Shown: positions 39,091 through 48,334 of the stretch, in pieces
How the letters are laid out: each line of letters opens with the position of its first letter
Position numbering within the stretch: position 1 is the stretch's first letter
Source: Fibrobacterales bacterium
GTDB taxonomy: Bacteria; Fibrobacterota; Fibrobacteria; Fibrobacterales; JAOPTW01
DNA: 63,810 nt
Reading direction: 5' to 3'
Assembly (NCBI GenBank): GCA_051532055.1
Contig: JAOPTX010000021.1
Location: forward strand, 1 to 63,810
Translations under genes and position numbers: made by a program
Notes under the pieces: model-generated
Told to the model about the DNA's origin: nothing
The model's input: only the letters and a program-made list of their open reading frames with translations
Databases searched by the model: none

Positions 39091-41094
39091 TTAATTCTTA
39101 ACGCACCGTATACTGAATGCCTCTGCAACAGGTGACCAATCATTAAATGTCATTTCATTATTGGCACTTGAAATGCCTACATAGTGATTAAGGCTGTGGT
39201 TTGAGGTTAGAAAATATGCGCCCCTATTGTCATACAGATGCCCGCCACGTCCATGATACATACCATATGGCGTTAAGTTTAAGCTGGACTCATTGTTTCC
39301 TGTATTGTCGAGCCACAAGTCGGTAGATTTGAGGGGTAGTGTACTGTTGCCTACTGTGGTATAAAGTTCTTGCCATTCGAGTTTGCTTGGAAGATGCCAG
39401 TTGTCAGGACAGGCGCCTTGGGTAGTACTTGGATTGGTATTGCTGGGAAAGTCACCATTTAAAGCCCCACTAATATAATAGTACCTACCAAATTCTTCAC
39501 AATCTACATCTGGTGCACATACGCTACTGCCAGTTGGTGAATCATATACGAGGTTTTCCGACATCCAGACTTGACTGCCAATTCGAGTCATGTCATAGGT
39601 GCGCCCAAAGCCCCGAGTGTCTCTAAATTGAGAAACTGAAGCGATTGCTGACGCTGATGCCCCCCCTCCATCTGCTGCGGTGGCAGTGATTATTGCTTCT
39701 CCAGGTCCTGTTGCAGTTACGACACCTTGTTGATTGATGGTTGCAACGAGGGGGTTATTAGAAGACCAGATTATTTCTTTATTTGGTGCATCTGTTGGAA
39801 GTGCTGTTGCTGTTAATGTCATCATGTCACGACCCATGATCATAGAAAAATGAGTGATGCTAATCTCAATACTGGTTACGAAGGCGGCTTCCCATACTGC
39901 ATATAATGTTGTGGGTGATGATGGCCAAATAATTCTTTCGTTGTCAAGATAGGTAACAACTCCACCTGGAGATGTACTCCAGCCAAGGAAGATATGGCCA
40001 TTTTTTTGAAATTCATTTGATATGAGATTGGTAGAAACGTGAGCAGGTTCTGATTGTGAAGGCGTATTTCCTGTGCCACCATTAGGGTCAAAGGTCGTAG
40101 TATATAACTGTAAGCAATGAGTAGTATTTACACCGCCATCACGTGTCATAAGTTCCCAAGAATCACCATCATAGAGACAGGAAATTCCTGAACCTATCCA
40201 ATAAAAAGCTTGATTTTTTGTTGGGTTTAGAGGTTGTTGAGTAAATGCACCAAGCCATTCAATACCCAGGCCATCAGTACCGTTGTGGCCGTCAGTACCA
40301 TTGGCACCATTGGTACCATTTATTCCGGCTTGTCCTTGTGGTCCCATATGGCCCATAGGTCCTTGTTCGCCACGGGCACCTGTATTGCCTATTGCGCCAG
40401 GGAGTCCTTGATCACCAGTGTCACCTTTAGTTCCTGGAAGACCGAGCTCTCCTTGTTCTCCTTTGGGGCCCGTTGCACCAGTTTCACCAAGTGCAAAGGT
40501 TTCCCATGAACCATTTTTAAATACAAAGCTCTGCCCTTCTGAGCTATGGTGAAATGCTTCACCTTCAACGGGGGCGTCAGGGTATTGGTCGAGCTCTCCA
40601 AGCCATGATACAGTAATGCCGCGTTCGGGGGCTTCGACTGTATACACTTCAAACTCATAGAGTGAAAAGCCATATTGAGTTGCTCGTGAAATGAGTTCAA
40701 TATTAATATAACGGTATGATCCATATGAATCGGTGTATGTATCGATGCCGCCATTACTATTGGATGTTGATTTTAATTGAGTCCAAGTGCTATTGTCATT
40801 GGAACCATGGATTTTGTATGAGTTTCCATAGGCAGCTTCCCATATAAGAACTATTTTTTCGATGGGGTAAGACTTGCCAAGATCGAGCTTATACCACTGG
40901 TTGTTGTAGAAGTTTGATGACCAACGCGTAGTCATGTTGCCATCAACAGCCTTGGAGGGGCTTAATGAGCTTGACTCACTACTAGAGGCGGTTGCTGATT
41001 TATTACCCGACACTTTAATAAATGTTTGTGCGGATAGAAGTGATGTTAATATACATAAAAAGAATAGAAGGGTTCTAAACTTAGGTTTGAACAT
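39091..41094 (-). CDS. Secreted protein: F5/8 type C (CBM32/discoidin) domain, collagen-like repeat, 1 InlB-B repeat, Big_2, FISUMP domain
   Basis: SPI-type signal; ATASS, AVDGNMTTRWSS, YGFSLYEFEVY; ~24 Gly-X-Y triplets; QVWMSENL...FSIRCVKN. Confidence 0.85.
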   Translation of the reverse strand: MFKPKFRTLLFFLCILTSLLSAQTFIKVSGNKSATASSSESSSLSPSKAVDGNMTTRWSSNFYNNQWYKLDLGKSYPIEKIVLIWEAAYGNSYKIHGSNDNSTWTQLKSTSNSNGGIDTYTDSYGSYRYINIELISRATQYGFSLYEFEVYTVEAPERGITVSWLGELDQYPDAPVEGEAFHHSSEGQSFVFKNGSWETFALGETGATGPKGEQGELGLPGTKGDTGDQGLPGAIGNTGARGEQGPMGHMGPQGQAGINGTNGANGTDGHNGTDGLGIEWLGAFTQQPLNPTKNQAFYWIGSGISCLYDGDSWELMTRDGGVNTTHCLQLYTTTFDPNGGTGNTPSQSEPAHVSTNLISNEFQKNGHIFLGWSTSPGGVVTYLDNERIIWPSSPTTLYAVWEAAFVTSIEISITHFSMIMGRDMMTLTATALPTDAPNKEIIWSSNNPLVATINQQGVVTATGPGEAIITATAADGGGASASAIASVSQFRDTRGFGRTYDMTRIGSQVWMSENLVYDSPTGSSVCAPDVDCEEFGRYYYISGALNGDFPSNTNPSTTQGACPDNWHLPSKLEWQELYTTVGNSTLPLKSTDLWLDNTGNNESSLNLTPYGMYHGRGGHLYDNRGAYFLTSNHSLNHYVGISSANNEMTFNDWSPVAEAFSIRCVKN

Positions 41095-41123
41095 AGGGTT
41101 CTCCTGATAAGTGAAATGTTTAA

Positions 41124-41232
41124 GGATGCAGTGTAATGATATTAAAAGATAATGCTTACAAACTGCATCCCAAAATTAGTAATAGATGGCGAGATGTCAA
41201 ATGGCCTGTCAGGTGATGTGATGAGGCTCACT
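41124..41232 (-). promoter_or_regulatory. Putative promoter with CRP-like box and leader inverted repeat
   Basis: TTGACA (41200-41195)-N16-TAATTT; TGTGA-TGAGGC-TCACT at 41217-41232; GCTTACAA at 41154-41161 inside inverted repeat 41124-41170. Confidence 0.6.
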
Positions 41233-41273
41233 TTGTGAGTGATCTAATAGAACAATAGGTTCACCCAGATATC

Positions 41274-42752
41274 TTAAGGAGAATAGACAATTCTCAAGCC
41301 AACATATGGATACCGGGTATTCATATCCACATCTAAATAACTCTTCATGTCATGTTGGTCAATATCCGCAGATGACCCACCTTTTCCGCGGACTACAGTA
41401 GGAATTGTTATTCCACTTTCAGTTGCATGGGTCATTTCTGCAACATTACTCGCAATATCGTAAAGCCCTGCGAGGTTGGGGTTGAGAATGCCTCCAGGTT
41501 GAATGATTCCTGAATTATGAGCATATGAAAGAGATTGAGTACTGAGTGAATCTCCCCAAAAATAGTAGATGTCTTCGTAGGGAAGGTTGTAGGCATAGGC
41601 GGCCTCCCATTCTGATTGGGTAGGAAGTCTAAATCCGTTTGCGGTAGTATCGATAATAAGACCTTGAGTGATGCCGTCAGCTTGAAGGAATACTTTTTCC
41701 CCATCAAGTTCTTCTACTGATTTATAAATATAGACAGGGGATCTGGATGTTTTAGTGTCAGTAAATGTGAGTAGATTACAGTACTGAATTACTTCAATAA
41801 ATGTGATATTAGTAACAGGGTATTGTGCTAGAGAAACATCAAGTCTACTTGGGTCAAGTTTTCCCCAAAAATCAGCATGGGTTACTTCAAGGCGAGCGAC
41901 ATAGAGTGAGTCACCAGCAATAACGAGAGGTGCATACGGAGTTTGACTTGATTGTTGGCGTTTGAGTTCTTTCGATGCTTCGATAACAAGAGTATCTGGG
42001 TTTGGTTTAATGAGGCGCCCTGAAAATAGTGGGTTTTTAAAATCATATTTATTCTCATAAAAGCGTGAGAGGTAGATGGAGTCATAGTTCATTGAGGGGA
42101 GGACTTTAATGTAATTATTGTAGTTTTGAACGGTAATAGGTTTGAGAAAAAATGAGTCAAGTACTTGATTGATTATTTCTGATTTTTCAGTTTCTGAAAC
42201 ATAACTACTGAATGCATGCTGGGTAGTGAGCATGGTGTAAAATTTTTGTGATTCCGTTGTAGGGTTAGCGCTTAAGCTGTCTATAATATACTGCTTAAAA
42301 AGATCATAGGTTATAGTGGGCTCATTTACATTGTCGCTGAGAAATTGTTTTAGGGGAGTTACCGTAAGCGTAGGGTCATCAGTTGTATTATCTGTCTGGC
42401 CCGCAATAAATGTTTTTCCAGCATTGACCAAGGCTAGCCCTTTTGAATAACTTGTGTGGAGTACGGATATCTTGTCATCCTTACGAGCCTCAAAAGAGAA
42501 TGTAAGAGAATTCACTCCCGTTGAAGTATTGTAGGCCAAATGGGGAGGTGCTGATTTACTGGTATTGGAATAATATGTTTTTTGAGGTTGTTGAGTGCCA
42601 TTAATAGTGATGATAAATTGAACGCTATCTAGTTGAATATTGCCGGCAATTGTTTGAGAGAATACATATTCTTGTGTGGCACTTGTATCAGAGTTTAAAA
42701 GATCACATCCAAAGAGGGTGATAAGAAGTGGAATAAATAGTCGTAGTATCAT
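41274..42752 (-). CDS. Lipoprotein with C-terminal FGE-sulfatase (SUMF1)-like domain
   Basis: Lipobox LFGC; EVT, PVTNIT, YCN.L, FRLPTQSEWE, PNLAGLYDIASNV, GGS, GLRIV. Confidence 0.8.
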   Translation of the reverse strand: MILRLFIPLLITLFGCDLLNSDTSATQEYVFSQTIAGNIQLDSVQFIITINGTQQPQKTYYSNTSKSAPPHLAYNTSTGVNSLTFSFEARKDDKISVLHTSYSKGLALVNAGKTFIAGQTDNTTDDPTLTVTPLKQFLSDNVNEPTITYDLFKQYIIDSLSANPTTESQKFYTMLTTQHAFSSYVSETEKSEIINQVLDSFFLKPITVQNYNNYIKVLPSMNYDSIYLSRFYENKYDFKNPLFSGRLIKPNPDTLVIEASKELKRQQSSQTPYAPLVIAGDSLYVARLEVTHADFWGKLDPSRLDVSLAQYPVTNITFIEVIQYCNLLTFTDTKTSRSPVYIYKSVEELDGEKVFLQADGITQGLIIDTTANGFRLPTQSEWEAAYAYNLPYEDIYYFWGDSLSTQSLSYAHNSGIIQPGGILNPNLAGLYDIASNVAEMTHATESGITIPTVVRGKGGSSADIDQHDMKSYLDVDMNTRYPYVGLRIVYSP

Positions 42753-42893
42753 AATATCTCCTGCTTACAAAAGGCTTATAGCATGGGTTTACTGAGTAGT
42801 CAAATAAAAACAGAGTGAAATGTAAAAAAGAAAAAGAGTAAAATCAGCCCCTTAAGAGAGATTGGCTATTTAAAATCAGGAATTGGAGTACCC

Positions 42894-44672
42894 CTAAAGC
42901 TTCTTCAAAATGTCATTATAAGCGTTAATAATGTCTTTTTGCTTGATGGTCGAAATAATTTTTCCTTCACTGTCTACGACGGGGAGCTCACCAATTCCAT
43001 GGCGTAAAAATGCCTGAAGTGTTGTATGGAGGTCCATATGCTCGTAGAGGAGTTGGACTTTGTCCATCATATCGTCGACAATAACGAGCTCTGACGCTGA
43101 CTCTTCGAAAATGACCTTTCTGATGGTATGGGTGTCTACGAGCCCGATAATAGTGTCATCATTGTTCACTACGAGGAAGAGATCTTCATCGGTGTTTGCC
43201 ATGACTCGTTCAAGTTTTTTAAGACTGTCCATTCGGTTGACCCGAACAATGGGTCGAGAAGGATCTATGACATCTTTTACCATGAGGTTTTTGAGTACAT
43301 CAATATTCATGTCATTGCGGTGTGCGCGAGATGAAAACTTATTGTGTACTTGGTTTTCGTAAATCGACCATTTATGAGCAAAATAGATGTGTATTGCTGA
43401 TGCAATCATAAGAGGGGCAAGCAGGTTGTAGTTACCAGTAAGTTCACACACCATTACAACTGTGGCAACCGGTGCGTTAGCTGCTCCCGCAAAGAAGGCT
43501 CCCATACCTACTATCACAAAGGCGCCGGGTTGTGTAACGATTTCGGGGAAGAGTGCATGACACGTATAGCCAAGAGCGCCGCCAAACATACCGCCAATAA
43601 AAAGCGATGGACCAAATACGCCCCCTGAACCACCGGATGCTACAGTGAAGGATGTCGCGAGGATTTTAACAACAGATATGGCAAGGAGTGTAAGGACGAG
43701 CATGGTTGTTGAACTGCCAACAGCAAGGTCACCTTGCATGGCATCAATAAGATAGTCCCAGCCGCCAGAGATGACTTCGGGGCGAATATAAAAAATGATT
43801 CCTACGGCTAAACCACCCACAGCAGGTTTAAACATGTTAGGGATGGGAAGTTTGGCGAAAAAATCTCTAATTGCATAAAAGGTTTTTATATAGACCCAAG
43901 AAAAGGGGGCGCAGAGCACACCAAGAAGGCAGTAGAAAACAAGTTCTTTAGGGCCGGTAAAAGTGAACTCCATTAGATCGCCAAACACAGCGCCATACCC
44001 AACAATACTTGCGTATGTAGTATAGGCTACAACAGAGGCGATAATAGAAGAGAGAAAACCATCGGATTCAAAGTCTTCTTTATAGAGGATTTCAACACTG
44101 GTAAGTGCGCCACCCAGAGGGGCTTTAAATATTGCACCAAGGCCAGCTGCGGTGCCCGAAAGCATGATGAGCCGTCTCATCTTAGTGGTAACGGTGAAAA
44201 GTCTGGAAAAAAGAGAGCCAATACCCGAACCAATTTGTGCTGTGGGGCCTTCGATACCTGCTGATCCACCAGAAGCAATTGTGATAATAGAGGTTATTGC
44301 TTTAACAAAAGGGACTCGTTTACGTACGCGCCCACCTTTGTTATGAAAATTGTCAATCATAGCATCGGTGCCGTGGCCGGCAGTTTCTGGTGCGAGCTTA
44401 TAGACTAATATACCTGAAAGGAGGCCTCCCAGAGTGGGGATGATAAAAAAGAGATAGCGGGGAATAAGGGCGGTCACATCAGAGCCCCAAGGGGCGACTC
44501 CTGCAAATGTTCCGAGAATATGCTCCACTGACTGGTCGAGAATAAAATGAAATACTACAGCTGCGAGTCCAGTTATTACACCAACTCCTGCACTAAATAA
44601 AAGCAGAGGGCCAGTATTAGAAATGATCCTCGCCTTTTTAATTGCTTTACTTACATCGAATGGTTGTTTCAT
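42894..44672 (-). CDS. CLC-family chloride channel/antiporter with CBS domains
   Basis: GHGTD, GSAGIEGP, GGSGGVFGP, C-terminal CBS pair. Confidence 0.92.
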   Translation of the reverse strand: MKQPFDVSKAIKKARIISNTGPLLLFSAGVGVITGLAAVVFHFILDQSVEHILGTFAGVAPWGSDVTALIPRYLFFIIPTLGGLLSGILVYKLAPETAGHGTDAMIDNFHNKGGRVRKRVPFVKAITSIITIASGGSAGIEGPTAQIGSGIGSLFSRLFTVTTKMRRLIMLSGTAAGLGAIFKAPLGGALTSVEILYKEDFESDGFLSSIIASVVAYTTYASIVGYGAVFGDLMEFTFTGPKELVFYCLLGVLCAPFSWVYIKTFYAIRDFFAKLPIPNMFKPAVGGLAVGIIFYIRPEVISGGWDYLIDAMQGDLAVGSSTTMLVLTLLAISVVKILATSFTVASGGSGGVFGPSLFIGGMFGGALGYTCHALFPEIVTQPGAFVIVGMGAFFAGAANAPVATVVMVCELTGNYNLLAPLMIASAIHIYFAHKWSIYENQVHNKFSSRAHRNDMNIDVLKNLMVKDVIDPSRPIVRVNRMDSLKKLERVMANTDEDLFLVVNNDDTIIGLVDTHTIRKVIFEESASELVIVDDMMDKVQLLYEHMDLHTTLQAFLRHGIGELPVVDSEGKIISTIKQKDIINAYNDILKKL

Positions 44673-46823
44673 TTATCCGTTCTTTTCGGCATCCTCAAAC
44701 TGTTGTGCCTGGATTGCAGTGAGGGCAATAGTAAATACAATATCCTCTACTAGTGCACCTCGTGAAAGGTCGTTCACTGGTTTTGCGAGTCCTTGGAGCA
44801 TAGGTCCAATTGCTACAACATTTGCAGAACGCTGTACTGCTTTATAGGTAGTGTTTCCAGTATTGAGGTCAGGGAAGATAACAACGGTCGCTTCTCCTGC
44901 AACTTTACTGTCTGGTGCTTTTTTCTTACCCACAGATTTAACCATTGCAGCGTCATATTGCAATGGACCATCAACAAAGATTTCTGGGCTGTTCTCTTTT
45001 ATGAGACGCGTCGCTTCAGTGACAAGCTCTACATCGACGCCTACTCCTGAAGAACCTGTAGAATAACTAATCATGGCAACACGTGGATCAATGCCAAAAA
45101 ACTCTGCTGATTGAGCACTGAGTGTTGCAATCTCTGAAAGCTGTTGTGATGATGGGTTTGGGTTGATTGCGCAGTCGCCAAATACTACTACTTGATTGGG
45201 GAGACACATGAAAAAGATTGAGCTTACCATGTTTGCATTAGGTGCAGTTTTAATAAGTTGGAACGCTGGTCTTATGGTGTCGGCAGTAGTGTGTACTGCA
45301 CCAGAAACAAGGCCATCGACATGACCTTGTTGGAGCATCATCGTACCAAGTACTACAGTGTCTTGGAGTTGTATTCGTGCTTCGAGTGGAGAAAGCCCTT
45401 TCTTTTTACGGAGCTCTACCATAGGTGCTACATAGTCATCGATAATAGTGTTTGGTTCGATGATCTCCATTTCTTGCGGAAGTACTAGGCCTTGCATTTC
45501 TGCAACCTCTTTAATTTCTGCAGGATTACCAAGAAGTACACAACGAGCAATTTTTCTTTTGGTACAAATAATAGCGGCTTCAATAGTGCGTGGTTCGTGG
45601 CCCTCAGGTAACACAATACGTTTCTGATATTCACGAGCCATCTTGATAAGATTGTTTCTGAAAGCAGGTGGAGTAATACCAGTGCTTTTTTCTGTGCTAA
45701 GAAGTTGTTTCAGCCATGATGGATTGATGTGTTTAGCCATGGTATTCATTGCTTTTTCGGCACGTTCAATATCGTCATTAGGTAATTGAGAGTTTTTGCG
45801 TGCAACGGATTCAACAACACTAAATAATTTTTTAGAGCTCCACATTACAGGGAGACCTAACTTAAAGGCTGCTTGACAAAGCTTGAGTACACCTTTGCTT
45901 GGATAATTTTTACCGCATAACGCAATACCTGCGAGTTTTATTTCATTTTGCTCTGCCATACAGGCAGCCAATAGGTCTCCACATCGTTCATCAGACGTCA
46001 TAATAAGGGTATGTTCTTTAAAAAGAGAAGTTAATTCACCTATAGAACTTGCCCCTACTTCAATATGTTCAATTCGGCGATTTGTCCAGTCGCCTTCATT
46101 AATTATTTCACCGGAAAGGGACTCAAATATGTCTTTTGTTCTTGGTGTGGCAATGGTATTGTCCCAGCAAAGAACGCCAGAAAGGGGGACTGCGCTTTTT
46201 TCGAATGCGCTGTAGAGAGACTCTATTCTGTCTGAAGTGTTGTGTGCTGTGTGATCTTTATTGATAAGATAACTATAATTTGTAGCGCTTTTTTCTGCGC
46301 CAACTTTATTCACAATACAGCCAACAACATAATCAGTGGAATCACCAGTAAATTGTCTGTTCGTAATATTCACAGATTCAACAATTTCTTCTGGGGAGTT
46401 TCTTTCTTCTGCAATGACGAGGATAACTTTAGCCTTGAGAGCTCTACAAATGAGGTTATTAAGACGTTGGGTATAAAAAAGAGTTGCACTAGAAGCGATG
46501 CCCTCAATGACAACGGCTTGGGAGTTTTGAGATATCTGATCGAACCGTTCAACAACCATCTCCATGAGTGTTTCTTCATCACCATTACTAAGGTATTGCT
46601 CTGCTTCAATGAGACTTATAGGTGAAGGGGTATTTGCCTTTTCAATTGAGTTGAGTAATGTAATTGAACGGTCGTTCATTGCATCATCTTTTGTGTGCTC
46701 AGTAAAAGGTTTAAAATAACTGACTGAAACGCCTTCGTTTTCAATTGCGCGGTAGAGGGCGGTAGTAGTAGACATGAGGCCAACATTGTGGCCCGATGGC
46801 ATAGTAAAAAGTATCTGCTCCAT
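44673..46823 (-). CDS. pta: Phosphate acetyltransferase (long form)
   Basis: N-terminal BioD-like/DRTGG region; IVLPEG, DGPLQYDAA, PVNDLSRG. Confidence 0.96.
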   Translation of the reverse strand: MEQILFTMPSGHNVGLMSTTTALYRAIENEGVSVSYFKPFTEHTKDDAMNDRSITLLNSIEKANTPSPISLIEAEQYLSNGDEETLMEMVVERFDQISQNSQAVVIEGIASSATLFYTQRLNNLICRALKAKVILVIAEERNSPEEIVESVNITNRQFTGDSTDYVVGCIVNKVGAEKSATNYSYLINKDHTAHNTSDRIESLYSAFEKSAVPLSGVLCWDNTIATPRTKDIFESLSGEIINEGDWTNRRIEHIEVGASSIGELTSLFKEHTLIMTSDERCGDLLAACMAEQNEIKLAGIALCGKNYPSKGVLKLCQAAFKLGLPVMWSSKKLFSVVESVARKNSQLPNDDIERAEKAMNTMAKHINPSWLKQLLSTEKSTGITPPAFRNNLIKMAREYQKRIVLPEGHEPRTIEAAIICTKRKIARCVLLGNPAEIKEVAEMQGLVLPQEMEIIEPNTIIDDYVAPMVELRKKKGLSPLEARIQLQDTVVLGTMMLQQGHVDGLVSGAVHTTADTIRPAFQLIKTAPNANMVSSIFFMCLPNQVVVFGDCAINPNPSSQQLSEIATLSAQSAEFFGIDPRVAMISYSTGSSGVGVDVELVTEATRLIKENSPEIFVDGPLQYDAAMVKSVGKKKAPDSKVAGEATVVIFPDLNTGNTTYKAVQRSANVVAIGPMLQGLAKPVNDLSRGALVEDIVFTIALTAIQAQQFEDAEKNG

Positions 46824-46854
46824 GAAATCGTATCCTTGTTAGAGAGGGGGTGGA

Positions 46855-48054
46855 CTAGCTGTTTTCGATCACTTCGATAGTGTCCATTGTAATCATCAGT
46901 TCTTCATTAGTTGGGAGCACATAGGCAATAGTACTTCCTTCTTTGGTAATTATACCCGTATCAGTTGAGCCACCGTATCCGGTCGTTTCATTCTTTTCTG
47001 AATCTAATTGGAACCCTAATATTTTAAGCTGTGCAATAGTAAGTTCCCGTACAACACGTGAGTTTTCGCCAATACCGCCAGTAAAAACGAGTGCATCAAG
47101 TCTGTCGAGTGATGCACTGAGGGCGAAAATATGTTTTGCAAGGTTATAGCAGTAGATGTCAAGGGTGAGTTCGGCTGCTTTATTTCCTTTCTCACGTTCA
47201 CTGGTAATAGTTCTCATATCGCTATCAATACCAGAAAGTCCAAGGAGTCCACTTTTCTTATTCAGGACATTAGTGATTTTATCGAGGTCCCATCCTTTGG
47301 TCTTTTGGATAAACTGGTGGATTGATGGGTCGATATCACCTGAGCGGGTGCCCATTACGAGACCGGCAAGTGGGGTTAAACCCATGGTGGTGTCGACACT
47401 TTTTCCATTTTTTATTGCAGTTGCAGAACAGCCGTTACCCATGTGGGCAACAATAACACCGCTGTTTTCTGGGTCAAGTCCAAGTTCTTTAATAGCATTA
47501 ATAGAGACAAATTTATGTGAGGTTCCGTGGAAACCATATTTACGAATACCGTGATCTTCGTAGAGCTCTTTTGGTATCGCATACATAAATGCTTTTTGCG
47601 GAATGGTTTGATGGAACGCAGTATCGAATACCGCAACCTGTGGTACACCAGGGAATACTTTTTGAGAAAACTTAATACCATCAAGGTTCGCAGGGTTGTG
47701 GAGTGGTGCCAAGTCGCTTATTTTTTCAAGTTCACTAAAGTTGGCTTCAGTGATTTGTGCAGAGGCAAAGAATTTCTCACCACCATGCACTACGCGGTGC
47801 CCGACACCATAAATGTCTTTGGCGTCAATATTGTTAGCTTCGAGAACTGCAACGATTTTCTCAAATGCAGCACCTTCTTTATTTGGCAGGGTTTCAGAAA
47901 ATTTTTCACCCGTTTGCTCAAGTTTCCAGCCAATCTCCGGTGTTTCAGAAATGAGTTTTTCGGCTAAGCCACTCATGATGACCTGTTTGCTCTCTTTTTC
48001 GAAGAGAGAGAATTTTACTGATGAACTGCCACAGTTGAGGACAAGAATATACAT
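46855..48054 (-). CDS. ackA: Acetate kinase
   Basis: LNCGSSSVK, GHRVVHGG, DTAFHQT, FTGGIGEN, TNEE. Confidence 0.97.
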   Translation of the reverse strand: MYILVLNCGSSSVKFSLFEKESKQVIMSGLAEKLISETPEIGWKLEQTGEKFSETLPNKEGAAFEKIVAVLEANNIDAKDIYGVGHRVVHGGEKFFASAQITEANFSELEKISDLAPLHNPANLDGIKFSQKVFPGVPQVAVFDTAFHQTIPQKAFMYAIPKELYEDHGIRKYGFHGTSHKFVSINAIKELGLDPENSGVIVAHMGNGCSATAIKNGKSVDTTMGLTPLAGLVMGTRSGDIDPSIHQFIQKTKGWDLDKITNVLNKKSGLLGLSGIDSDMRTITSEREKGNKAAELTLDIYCYNLAKHIFALSASLDRLDALVFTGGIGENSRVVRELTIAQLKILGFQLDSEKNETTGYGGSTDTGIITKEGSTIAYVLPTNEELMITMDTIEVIENS

Positions 48055-48334
48055 GAAGGCTCCGGGTATTAAGTTTGATGCAAATATAGGTTTCTGTGTT
48101 GATTTACAAACTAGTAACTGGTTATTTGTTAAGAAAAATTGTTGTTTTTTTGCTGTTTTCGCGTTATTCCTTCACACATGTAGGAAATGAATTGTGCACC
48201 TTTTTAGAGTACTTTAATGGCAGATAGTATATCGATTTTGATTGGTATCTGCAATGAATTTTCTATTATTGGAAAAAAATGTCATTGGTCTCACTGGAGT
48301 GACCCTGGCGAGCACTATTAAAAAAGAGAGTACT

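Noticed and set aside
26973..42752. Complete diversity-generating retroelement
   Set aside because: Target-like folds are present, but no reverse transcriptase or template repeat is visible, and paralog differences include indels and all base types
20278..42752. Prophage or integrative element as origin of the island
   Set aside because: No integrase, transposase, att-like repeats or phage structural genes seen
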